A stretch of DNA of 64,000 bases from Longimicrobiales bacterium (GTDB lineage: Bacteria > Gemmatimonadota > Gemmatimonadetes > Longimicrobiales > Gaopeijiaceae), in assembly GCA_963664435.2 (NCBI GenBank), contig CAXXKM010000003.1:512001-576000 (forward strand). Direction: 5' to 3'. Made by a program: the position numbers and the translations under genes. Of the stretch, positions 20,149 to 30,449 are shown piece by piece. The notes beneath the pieces were generated by a model that saw only the letters and a list, made by a program, of their open reading frames with translations, was not told where the DNA came from and searched no databases. Position 1 is the stretch's first letter; every line of letters starts with the position of its first letter.

Positions 20149-21318
20149 ATGCCTGCCGCGGCCCCGGCTCCGGAGCGAGAACTCATCGCTCACCTGGCCC
20201 GCTTTTCCGGCGAACTCCGCCACGTCGGCGTGCCCGTCGGCCTGCGCGACGAGATCGACGGCGCCGCCGCCCTCCGCTTCATCGACATCGGCGACCCGGA
20301 GGAGGTGCGGCTGGCGCTCCGCAGCGCGCTCAAGATCCCGCGCCGCTGGTGGGCCGAGTTCGACCGCCTCTTCGAGGAGAGCTGGCGCCGCGCCGCCCTC
20401 CCCCGCCACGCCCGCGACCGCAACGTCCCGCGCGCGCCGCGCCGCTGGCGTGGCGACGAGAACGCCGAGGTGCCGCTCGCGCGCATCCGCCGCGAACTGG
20501 ACGAACGGACCGGCAGCGGCGAGGCCGATGCGCCCGACGGCGACGGCGACCTCCCCGGCTACAGCCCGCGCGCGCTCCTGCGCCGGAAGGTCTTCGACGA
20601 GTGCACCCCGGACGACCTCCGCGACATGGAGCGCCTGCTGGAACGGCTCGCGCGCCGCATCGCCACCCGGCCCAGCCGCCGCTTGGTGCCGTCCGGGCGC
20701 GGGCCGGTGGTGGACGTGCGCCGGAGCTTCCGCCGCTCCCTGGCCCACGGCGGCGAACTGGTCGAGCTGGCGCGGCGCGCGCGGGCCGTCGAGCTCCCCA
20801 GCCTGGTCGTCCTCTGCGACACCAGCGGGTCCATGGACGCCTGCTCGCGCTTCCTGCTCGCCTTCGTCTTCGCGCTGCGCAAGGTCACGCGCCGCACCGA
20901 GATCTTCGCCTTCAACACCTCGCTCACGCGCCTCACCCCGTGGCTCAGAACCGGCGACGTGGCCGGCACCCTGGAGCGGCTCGCGCGCAACGTGGAGGAC
21001 TGGTCCGGCGGGACCCGCATCGGCGAGTGCCTGCTCGCGTTCGTCGACCACCACTTGCGCCATACCGTGCGAGGCGATACGACGGTGTTGATCCTGAGCG
21101 ACGGGCTCGACCGCGGCGACACCGGGTCGCTGGAGACGGCGCTGCTGGCCATCCGCAGGCGCGCCCGCCGGATCATCTGGCTGAACCCGCTCATGGGCGA
21201 CCCGCGCTATCGTCCGGAGGCCAGGGGCATGCAGGCGGCGCTGCCGCACGTGGACCGGCTGGTGCCCGCCCACAACCTCGAGGCGCTGGAGGCGCTGCTG
21301 CCGATGATCGAGCGTTAG
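20149..21318 (+). CDS. coxE: CoxE-like vWA domain protein
   Basis: DTSGSM MIDAS, WSGGTRIG, LSDGLDRG, WLNPL. Confidence 0.85.
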   Translation: MPAAAPAPERELIAHLARFSGELRHVGVPVGLRDEIDGAAALRFIDIGDPEEVRLALRSALKIPRRWWAEFDRLFEESWRRAALPRHARDRNVPRAPRRWRGDENAEVPLARIRRELDERTGSGEADAPDGDGDLPGYSPRALLRRKVFDECTPDDLRDMERLLERLARRIATRPSRRLVPSGRGPVVDVRRSFRRSLAHGGELVELARRARAVELPSLVVLCDTSGSMDACSRFLLAFVFALRKVTRRTEIFAFNTSLTRLTPWLRTGDVAGTLERLARNVEDWSGGTRIGECLLAFVDHHLRHTVRGDTTVLILSDGLDRGDTGSLETALLAIRRRARRIIWLNPLMGDPRYRPEARGMQAALPHVDRLVPAHNLEALEALLPMIER

Positions 21319-21454
21319 ACGATGCGCGACGATCCCGGAATCGCCAGACTAGGAAACGCGCGACGGGGCCGGACCGACGCCCGGTTCCCTTCCCCCTCAT
21401 CCTCATCTGAAATAACCGGCAACGCTCGTGATCTCCGCTCACCCGCGCGGGGGC

Positions 21455-21480
21455 TGACACGTTTCAGCTGAAACGTTGCA
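21455..21480 (+). promoter_or_regulatory. Tandem LacI-type operator-like boxes upstream of coxG
   Basis: TGACACGTTTCA and TGAAACGTTGCA; together they contain the perfect palindrome ACGTTTCAGCTGAAACGT (21459-21476). Confidence 0.55.
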
Positions 21481-21504
21481 CAGGAAAACCGGAGAAACAT
21501 CCGC

Positions 21505-21966
21505 ATGAAGATCCAGGACGGATTCACCATCGACGCGCCCGCGGCAGACGTGTGGGCGCTGCTCTCCGACCCCGCCCGGGTCGCGACCCTGCTCCCCGGC
21601 GCGAAGATGGGAGACAGGATCGAAGACAACACCTACTCGGGCGGGATGTTCGTAAAGGTCGGACCCCTCGCGGTGGCATACGACGGGACCGTATCCTTCC
21701 AGCTGGACGAGGCCGAGCGGTCCGTGGAGGTGCGCGCCCGGGGACGGGGCAAGAGGGGCATGGGCACCGCCGACATGACCATGACCAGCCAGGTGGTCGC
21801 ACACGGCGACACCCGCACGGAGGTGACGATCGATTCCGATGTGGTCGTGACCGGAATTCTTGCCCAGATGGGACGCGGCATGATCCAGGTCGTGTCGAAG
21901 AAGATGCTACAGGAGTTTGTGGGAAACCTCACCACAGCACTTGCCCAGCCGGCAGAGGAGGGCTGA
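21505..21966 (+). CDS. coxG: CoxG (SRPBCC family)
   Basis: VW..L.DP.RVA..LPGA, VKVGP, G.LAQMGRG. Confidence 0.85.
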   Translation: MKIQDGFTIDAPAADVWALLSDPARVATLLPGAKMGDRIEDNTYSGGMFVKVGPLAVAYDGTVSFQLDEAERSVEVRARGRGKRGMGTADMTMTSQVVAHGDTRTEVTIDSDVVVTGILAQMGRGMIQVVSKKMLQEFVGNLTTALAQPAEEG

Positions 21967-21969
21967 GAC

Positions 21970-22836
21970 ATGATTCCCCCGCAGTTCGACTATCACGCCC
22001 CCGGCACGCTGGACGAGGCGCTGGGGCTGCTCGGCTCCCTCGACGACCCGAAGGTGATGTCGGGCGGCCAGAGCCTGCTGCCGATGCTGAAGCTGCGCCT
22101 GGCATCGCCGGCGAACATCGTGGACATCGGCCGCATCCCGGGCCTCGACACGCTCGCGGAAGAGGACGGCTTCCTGCGCATCGGCGCGCTGGTCACCGAG
22201 ACCGACCTGGAGCAATCGGAGGTAGTGGCGGAGCGCTATCCCATCCTGCTCGACACCGCGAAGGTGATCGCCGACCCGCTCGTGCGGAACCGCGCCACCA
22301 TCTGCGGCAACGTCGCACACGGCGACCCGGCCAACGACCATCCCGCGACCATGCTGGCGCTCGGCGCCCAGGTGGTGGCCACGGGACCGGACGGCGCGCG
22401 CACCATCGACGTCGGCGAGTTCTTCTTCGGGCTCTTCATGACGGCGCTCGCAGAGGATGAGATCCTGACCGAAATCCGCATCCCGGCGCCCGCGGCCCGC
22501 AGCGGCGGCGCCTACGTCAAGCTCGAACGCAAGGTGGGCGACTACGCGGTCGCCGGCTCGGCGGTGCAGCTCGCGCTGGCCGGGGACGGAACCGTGGCGA
22601 GCGCCGGCATCGGGCTCACCAACCTGGGCATCGCCCCCATCCGCGCGACCGCCGCGGAGGACGCGCTCACGGGCCAGGCCCCCGGCGACGACACGATCGC
22701 CGCCGCCGCCCAGGCCGCCGCCGACGCCACCGAGCCCATCGCCGACCGGCGCGGCTCCGTCGAATACAAGAAGAACATGGCCCGCGTGCTCACCGCCCGT
22801 GCCATCCGCAAGGCGCTCGCGCGCGCAGGAGGATAA
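21970..22836 (+). CDS. coxM: CO dehydrogenase medium (FAD) subunit
   Basis: [27 protein letters not shown]. Confidence 0.92.
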   Translation: MIPPQFDYHAPGTLDEALGLLGSLDDPKVMSGGQSLLPMLKLRLASPANIVDIGRIPGLDTLAEEDGFLRIGALVTETDLEQSEVVAERYPILLDTAKVIADPLVRNRATICGNVAHGDPANDHPATMLALGAQVVATGPDGARTIDVGEFFFGLFMTALAEDEILTEIRIPAPAARSGGAYVKLERKVGDYAVAGSAVQLALAGDGTVASAGIGLTNLGIAPIRATAAEDALTGQAPGDDTIAAAAQAAADATEPIADRRGSVEYKKNMARVLTARAIRKALARAGG

Positions 22837-22840
22837 AGCG

Positions 22841-23319
<479 letters not shown>

Positions 23320-23320
<1 letters not shown>

Positions 23321-25686
23321 TGGCACCGAAGACTTCCGCAAAGATCTGCGGCATGGGCCACTCCATGAAGCGCAAGGAGGACCCGCGCTTCCTGCAGGGC
23401 AAGGGCAACTACATCGACGACTTCACGCTCCCGGGGATGCTGTGGCTGGACATCGTCCGGAGCCCCATCGCCTACGGCAAGATCAAGAACATCGACTCCT
23501 CGAAGGCGCTCGAGATCCCCGGCGTGCTCGCCGTGCTCACGGGCAAGGACCTGGAGGCGTACAACCTGCACTGGATGCCGACGCTGATGTCGGACACCCA
23601 GATGGTGCTCCCCACGGACACCGTCATGTACCAGGCGCAGGAGGTGGCCGGCGTAATCGCGACCTCGCGCTATGCGGCCGCCGACGGCGTGGCCGCGGTC
23701 GAGGTCGATTACGAGCCCATGAAGCCGGTGATGGACCCGTTCAAGGCGCTCGAGGACGACGCGCCGGTGCTCCGCACCGACAAGGAGGGCAAGACCGACA
23801 ACCACATCTGGCACTGGGAGGCGGGCGACAAGGAGGCCACGGACCGGATCTTCGATGAAGCCGACGTGGTGGTGCGCGAGAAGATGCACGTGCCGCGCAT
23901 CCACGTGGCCTCGATCGAGACCTGCGGCTGCCTCGCCGACTTCAACCCCGTCGAGGGGCACCTGACGGTCTACATGACCACCCAGGCGCCGCACGCCATC
24001 CGCACCGTGCTCGCGCTGGTGGCGGGCCACGTCGGGCTCTCCGAGGAGAAGATCCGCGTGGTGAGCCCCGACATCGGGGGCGGCTTCGGCGGCAAGGTGC
24101 CGGTGTACCCCGGCTACGTGATCGCCATCGCCGCATCGGTGGTGCTGGGCACGCCGGTGAAGTGGATCGAGGACCGGATGGAGAACCTCCAGGCCGACTC
24201 CTTCGCGCGCGACTATCACATGGACGCCGAGTTGGCGGCGGACGCCAGCGGCAAGATCAAGGCGCTCCGCATCAAGACGATCGCGGACCACGGGTACTCC
24301 GATGCCCAGGCGGCGCCGAGCAAGTGGCCGGCGGGCCTCTTCTCGATCTGCACCGGCTCGTACGACCTGGAGCAGGCGTACGCCGAGGTCGACGCGGTCT
24401 ACACCAACAAGCCCCCGGGAGGCGTCGCGTACCGCTGCTCGTTCCGCGTGACCGAGGCCGTGCACTGCATGGAGCGGGTCGTCGACACGCTGGCGCACAA
24501 GATCGGCAAGGATCCGGCGCAGCTGCGCGAGGAGAACTTCATCCCCAAGGAAGCCTTCCCCTACCACTCGCCGCTGGGCTGGGAGTACGACAGCGGCGAC
24601 TACCAGGCCGCGATGGACAAGGCCAGGGACATGATCGGCTACGACGAGCTGCGCGCCGAGCAGGCCGAAAAGCGCGCGCGCGGCGAGCTGATGGGCATCG
24701 GCGTGTGCAGCTTCACCGAGGTGCTGGGCGCCGGCCCGTCGAAGGACTTCGACATCCTGGGCATCAAGATGTTCGATTCGGCCGAGGTGCGCGTGCACCC
24801 GACCGGCAAGGCCATCGCCCGCTTCGGCACCAAGTCGCAGGGCCAAGGCCACGAGACCACCTACGCGCAGATCATCGCCGAGGAGCTGGGCCTTCCGGCC
24901 GCGCACGTGCAGGTGGAGGAGGGCGATACCGACACCGCCCCCTACGGGCTCGGGACGTACGCCAGCCGCTCGACCCCGACCGCGGGCGCCGCGGGCGCGA
25001 TGGCCGCGCGCGCGATCCGCGACAAGGCCACCAAGATCGCCGCGCACCTGCTCGAGGTGAGCGAGGAGGACCTGGACTGGGAGCCCGGCACCTTCTCGGT
25101 GAAGGGCGCGCCCGACAAGTCGGTGTCCATCCAGGACTGCGCCTTCGCCGCCTACACCAACCTGCCCCCGGGGCTGGAGCCCGGCATGGAGGCGACGAAT
25201 TACTATGACCCGCCCAACCTGACGTTCCCGTTCGGGACGTATATCTGCGTGGTGGATATCGACCGGGGGACGGGCGAGGTGAGCGTGCGGCGGTTCGTGG
25301 CGGTGGACGACTGTGGGAACATCATCAACCCGATGATCGTGCAGGGGCAGATCCATGGTGGACTGACCCAGGGCATCGGACCGGCGCTGTACGAGGAGAT
25401 GACGTACGACGAGGACGGGAACAACCAGGCCGGGTCGTTCATGGACTACCTGGTGCCCACCGCGGTGGAGACGCCTGCGTGGGAGACGGGGCATACGGTG
25501 ACGCCGTCGCCGCATCATCCGCTGGGGGCGAAGGGGGTGGGGGAGTCGGCTACGGTGGGGGCTCCGCCGGCGATCGCGAACGCGGTGGTGGATGCGCTGG
25601 CGCACCTGGGGGTGACGCACGTGGAGATTCCGATTCGGCCGGATCGGGTTTGGGAGATACTGAGGGAGAAGGGGGTGGCGGAGTGA
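23320..25686 (+). CDS. coxL: Aerobic CO dehydrogenase large subunit, form I
   Basis: Active-site loop AYRCSFR (24427-24447); M-S-L gene order. Confidence 0.95.
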
Positions 25687-26062
25687 GGGGGGGAACCGCA
25701 AACGGCATCGCGCTAATCGCGAGCACTGGATCCAGTTCACACGCAAGAAGCGATGACCAACAGAGACTGCTGGATGAGGGCCCTCTCTTTTCGAGGGTCT
25801 CCATCGACTCCCCTGTGCCATTCACGAGGCTTTCGACCTCAGCCTTAGCGCTAGCCAGATCGACGCGTTGGTGCACGATGTCAAGATCAGACTCACATGC
25901 TCTTCCCGGACGTCCGGTCAGGTCAACGGTGGCCAACGGATTACCGACCGCCCGCCCGTTCAGCCGCACGACGGTCATGACCCCGAGAGACTGCCTCTCC
26001 GGTCGAAACTCCGATACGTTTGGCAACGCACCAATGTTCGTTCACACAAGGTTCCCCAATCC

Positions 26063-27433
26063 ATGAAGATAACGGACCTCCACATCGAGAATTTTCGGTG
26101 CTTTAGGGAAGCGCATCTCCGAATCGCGCCAATAACCCTTGTGACCGGTCCCAACAGTGCCGGGAAGAGTTCCCTCTTCGCCCCTGTCCTCGCCGCTGCT
26201 CAAACAGACGGCATGCCCGTGATGCTGTCTCCGAACGGCCGGTACATCGACATGGGCGACTACTCCGCAATGGTCCATCGACACCAGCTCGATTCTGTCT
26301 TGAGCATCACTTTCGACCTTGAGTCGGAACCCGGTGGACCAACCAGAATCGCCAGCAGGTTTTCATATGACGCGGCCTCCCGAACTCCTCGTTTGCTGAC
26401 TCTCTCGTATACAAGCAGTTACTACGACTTGTCTGTTCGTCGTAACGGTGACAGCTATGATTTGTCCTATAACATTGCACCCAGCAAGTCGCACGCCCTC
26501 AGAAAGATGCTCGAAGACCCGGCCATGGGTGACTTTTACGATGCGCTAAACACGCTGCTTACATCGGTAAACACAGCCGAAGGCAAGGTCGCTTTCCCTC
26601 GACCAGCTCGCTTGCTAGAGGCAATCAAGAACGATGAGTCTTTGAGCGGCTGCCTTTCGTTCGCCCAACCTCGCGATTTCTTCCAGATCCTTCGCCGTGA
26701 CGACAATTTGGGGTTTCGTGTTGCTTGGGAACTGAACCGAGCCATCGAAACATTTCAACACAAGTTTGCCCACTTGAGTTCCTTTCGACTCGGCCCCGAG
26801 CGAACCTACTATGAAGTCTCCCGAGCCGACCTTCGTGTGGGAAGATATGGCGAGAACTACGTCGAGCAGTTGTCGCAATGGGAGTCGACTAGTTCTCCCG
26901 AGATCGATCAGCTCCGTACGGATCTGGCGGAACTGCGTATCCTATCGGACCTTGAGATTCGTCGCTTGGACGGTGGTCGACTTGAACTGGTGGGTCGGCC
27001 CAAGGAAACGTCTTCTCGCACGAATCTTGCTGACCTCGGATTCGGCACTAGCCAAGTTCTTCCGGTATTGGTGGCCATCAATCAGCTTCCAAACGGCAGC
27101 CTGTTTACGGTCTCTCAACCGGAAACGCATCTTCATCCTGAAGTTCAAGCGCAACTCGCGGACTATTTTGTGCGTCTGACGAAGGAGCGCGGGATCCGCT
27201 TCATTGTGGAAACGCATAGCGAATATTTGATTAACCGGATGCGTCTTCTCGTCGCGGCAGGCACGGTGGCTGAAGAGGATGTGTCTATGGCATACGTGAT
27301 CAATGACGGCGACAAAGCCGAAGTCCGTTCCATTGAACTTCGAGCCGATGGCCAACTCGCGGGAGCTCCGGCCGAGTTCTTCGACACGTACATGATGGAT
27401 GTCATGAAATTGGCGTTGGGGAGCGACAATTGA
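26063..27433 (+). CDS. ABC-type (AAA_15/AAA_21-like) ATPase with DUF3696-like C-terminus
   Basis: IENFRCF, GPNSAGKS, LGFGTSQVLP, QPETHLHP, VETHSEY. Confidence 0.85.
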   Translation: MKITDLHIENFRCFREAHLRIAPITLVTGPNSAGKSSLFAPVLAAAQTDGMPVMLSPNGRYIDMGDYSAMVHRHQLDSVLSITFDLESEPGGPTRIASRFSYDAASRTPRLLTLSYTSSYYDLSVRRNGDSYDLSYNIAPSKSHALRKMLEDPAMGDFYDALNTLLTSVNTAEGKVAFPRPARLLEAIKNDESLSGCLSFAQPRDFFQILRRDDNLGFRVAWELNRAIETFQHKFAHLSSFRLGPERTYYEVSRADLRVGRYGENYVEQLSQWESTSSPEIDQLRTDLAELRILSDLEIRRLDGGRLELVGRPKETSSRTNLADLGFGTSQVLPVLVAINQLPNGSLFTVSQPETHLHPEVQAQLADYFVRLTKERGIRFIVETHSEYLINRMRLLVAAGTVAEEDVSMAYVINDGDKAEVRSIELRADGQLAGAPAEFFDTYMMDVMKLALGSDN

Positions 27434-27436
27434 CCG

Positions 27437-27901
27437 ATGATTCCGGATCTCTTTGTAGACGCTGACCGCAGCAAACACTTTTGTCGGCCTATAGACCCGG
27501 CCTACAGAAAGCTAATCGCGTGGCTGCGGTCCGATGGCTACTTGGTGGTTTGTTCGTCGCTTATCAATGAATACTACAGGGCGGAACAGGCAACGACCGC
27601 ACCTACTGCTCTTCTCATGTTAGTGAGTCATCTGCAGCGCCACGGTCGCTTGAAACAGTTTAGTAAAACAACCCTCGAAGCTTTCCGCATAGGGAAGCAC
27701 ATCGCCAGAAGATTGCTCTCCAATCCGAAAGATCGCGATCATCTGAAAATCGTGTTGCTAAGCGACCGAAAGCTCGGAATCTCGGGTGATGGTAAGTTCC
27801 GTCACGATGTCAACAATTATCCAGGTCATCTTGCGATTGTCCACCCGCACCCATCGCAGGTACCGTATTCCTCGCCGGATGACACGGACCCGAGGGTGTA
27901 G
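27437..27901 (+). CDS. Hypothetical protein, PIN-like pattern
   Basis: FVDAD ... LINEY ... KDRDHL ... ISGD acidic pattern; 3 bp after the ATPase stop. Confidence 0.55.
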   Translation: MIPDLFVDADRSKHFCRPIDPAYRKLIAWLRSDGYLVVCSSLINEYYRAEQATTAPTALLMLVSHLQRHGRLKQFSKTTLEAFRIGKHIARRLLSNPKDRDHLKIVLLSDRKLGISGDGKFRHDVNNYPGHLAIVHPHPSQVPYSSPDDTDPRV

Positions 27902-27926
27902 CCCAAGTTAGGCTGCGGCATCGACG

Positions 27927-28182
27927 TGTTACCGGTCCGGGTTCTCTGGACAGGTGGACGGCCAAAACATCAGGCCGCCTTTCGGCTGAGCTCTTCGCGG
28001 GCGCGGGCCGGGGTCATGTACCCGTGCCGCTGGAGGAGCCAGCCGTTGGCGTAGCGCTCGACGAAGGCCCCGATCACCGCTCGGGCCTCCTCGAGGGTTT
28101 CGAAGTGGTGCAGATGGATGCACTCCTCCTTGAGAGTGCGGATGAAGCGCTCCGCGACGCCGTTGCACTCCGGTTCACCCAC
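27927..28182 (-). pseudogene. IS3-type transposase 3' fragment with its terminal end
   Basis: NGVAERFIRTLKEE..YMTP; element end TGTTACCGG at 27927. Confidence 0.75.
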
Positions 28183-28199
28183 TTAGGCGGGCGTGGAGC

Positions 28200-28420
28200 G
28201 GATGAGATGCAGAAGGATCTGGATGCCTATCTTGAGACCTACAACCGACGGCGTCTGCACCAGAACCGCGGCATGAAGGGGAGGACGCCTTACGTGGTCT
28301 TCAAGGCCGGGATCGCCCGGAAGCGCACACGCAAGTCCTCAAGCCGGCAAGGAGGTGACGAAAGCAGCGTAGGACCTGACCTCGGTGAGGTCGGGTGTCA
28401 GGTGATTACCGTGCGGAGTA
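28200..28420 (+). pseudogene. IS481-like transposase 3' fragment
   Basis: LDAYLETYNRRRLHQNRGMKGRTP; end-like GTGTCAGGTGATTACCGTGCGGAGTAC. Confidence 0.65.
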
Positions 28421-28774
28421 CCCGAGCCGCCAAATGACGGCATGAGATCTACTAAGTTCAACGAGGACTGCATGATCTGCGTTTTTGCCGTTAGGCCGGA
28501 GCGGCTTCTACCGTGCGCGAATTGCGGGAAACTCGCCATCGAATGGCGGGAACCCGCGCACTCGAACTCTATTACCCAGTAGAGTTCTTCGAAACAACCC
28601 TTGCACCTGGTCACTCCCAACAAGCCCGCGGACTGCGCTGGCGCGCAGCGCTGCGCAATATCCTCCCTCGCCCAGGTCACGGCGTGGAGCCCACCAGGCA
28701 GCCTTACAGCCGATATTCGACCCACCGTGGCCGCACGGTGTTGACCGATCGACTTCTCGGTGCGACGATCGCAC

Positions 28775-28838
28775 GCATGCATGGACGATTGCGGCTTCGC
28801 CATGCGTTAACCATTCCACTTATGCGACACTACACTAG
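28775..28838 (-). mobile_element. Isolated IS630 left-end remnant
   Basis: Near copy of 39086-39149 (..CCATGCGTTAACC..CCACTTATGCGACACTACACTAG). Confidence 0.8.
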
Positions 28839-29731
28839 TCCAATACCGTAAACATGCGCTCGCCCCATTCCAGATAATCAGAATTCTGATCCTCTGAGAG
28901 GTAACGCTCTACCATTCTTTTTGTTGATGCCATCAGAAAAGCTCCAAAGCGGGCATACATAAGAGGGTCTTTGTGCGAAGATGGCACATGCCTGATCGGA
29001 AATACCTCTGTTGGATTCGGGAATTTCGCGAACGTCTCCGCCATGGTCGTCGTGCCATGAACTGATGCTGAAAAAATGCGATAGGTTTCATACACATCGG
29101 CATCCGGATTGTATTCGTCGAGCACCTTGTCGAGCAGTTCCTTGACGTTCATGGGCCCGCCGAACAGAGAATACCACGGCGGGCGAGCCTTCGCCGGCCT
29201 AGAGCGGTTGCGACGTACCTGAGCTTCTTCATATCTCGGCTGTATTGACTTCAACGGTGCTTCCGCAAGTTGTTGTTCATACGCCTGCCGAAGTGTTGAG
29301 GCGGTAGTCGGATCGATAAGACCCATGTTTTCGCGTCGTCGCACGCTATCAATGACCTCGCGAGTCGTAACGTAGAGCCACGCCAGCGCCTTTCCACGCT
29401 GGTTTTCGCCATTCAACAAGTACATAAGCCCGGCGTTCGCCTCAAGTGCGCTCCGCATCATCGGCGCGGAAGCGTCTACGCACACATGAGACAACAGAGA
29501 TTCAACGGCATCGGCCAAGACAATGCTGTGGCGGAATAGATGCAGGGCGATGAAATGGGGAAGGGTGTCGGCAGCGTCTAGATCGTCCACGGCGTGGACA
29601 CAACGATCGAATTCGTGAACACTGCGGTTGAGTATCTCGCGGAGCGGCTGACACACGTTAGAAACGTAGGCGGCGTGGTCGACCACTGCACGTTCGCGCT
29701 CAAGTAGGGGATGTTCGGGAGTGGTGAACAT
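28835..29731 (-). CDS. DUF5677-like (Abi/HEPN-related) protein
   Basis: RSALE, WYSL..GP and YRIFSASVH motifs. Confidence 0.65.
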   Translation of the reverse strand: MFTTPEHPLLERERAVVDHAAYVSNVCQPLREILNRSVHEFDRCVHAVDDLDAADTLPHFIALHLFRHSIVLADAVESLLSHVCVDASAPMMRSALEANAGLMYLLNGENQRGKALAWLYVTTREVIDSVRRRENMGLIDPTTASTLRQAYEQQLAEAPLKSIQPRYEEAQVRRNRSRPAKARPPWYSLFGGPMNVKELLDKVLDEYNPDADVYETYRIFSASVHGTTTMAETFAKFPNPTEVFPIRHVPSSHKDPLMYARFGAFLMASTKRMVERYLSEDQNSDYLEWGERMFTVLD

Positions 29732-29789
29732 GAGTGCAGACCTTGTCGAGGGGAGTCACTCTGTCGGACGGCGTCATGCTGGCCGCAAT

Positions 29790-30055
29790 CTCAGCTTCCT
29801 GAGCGGACGGGTCGGCAGCGAGACGCCGATCTTGTGAGGGAGGGTCCGGCGCGACAAACCACCGGCCGAACCCAGGACGATCCGGAAACGCTCCACGCGT
29901 TACTGCGGGGTCGTGCGTACTCGAAACCCATCCCTCAAGCTCCTTGCGGTCCCCAGGTCGCAATCGCATCCTTCCAACCGTCTTAACCTGGCCATGCACG
30001 CAAGATAACGCCGCTTCACGCCATGCGCATGACACCTTAGTGCCGATACAACTAC
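29790..30055 (-). pseudogene. Degenerate IS630 5' fragment
   Basis: RLRPGDRKELEGWV is identical to the start of the intact IS630 transposase, then frameshifted. Confidence 0.8.
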
Positions 30056-30449
30056 GCAGATCGATACCCGGCCTGCCGTGCTTGAATGGAGGGAAAACCG
30101 GGTCGATTCGCGGAACCTTGCGGGACCGTATACGCTGCCCTTCCCCATGGGTAAGGGTGCGACTGTATGAATGAGTCCGTGCCCACCAACCGACGAGACT
30201 GGCCGTGGGAGTTCCGAGACCGTCGAGCCGCGCGGAGGTCGGCGGGGCCAGTTCGCTCAGCCCAGTTGACCACTGCCGCCGTGCTGGTTGACCGGCTGGC
30301 GCATCGTCGAGCTTGAGCAGAGATGTCTGAAGCGGGGCGGGGTCCGGCCAGCGGTTCGCGGCGGCGCTGAGTTTGACGCGAATGCCGGGGAAGCTCGCAG
30401 CCTCGCAGCCTAGACCAGACCCTCCGTTACCCCCCGGACGGTCGGGCGA

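Noticed and set aside
25550..26026. 158-aa minus-strand ORF at the island border
   Set aside because: Overlaps the end of coxL and has no recognisable family; cannot be supported.
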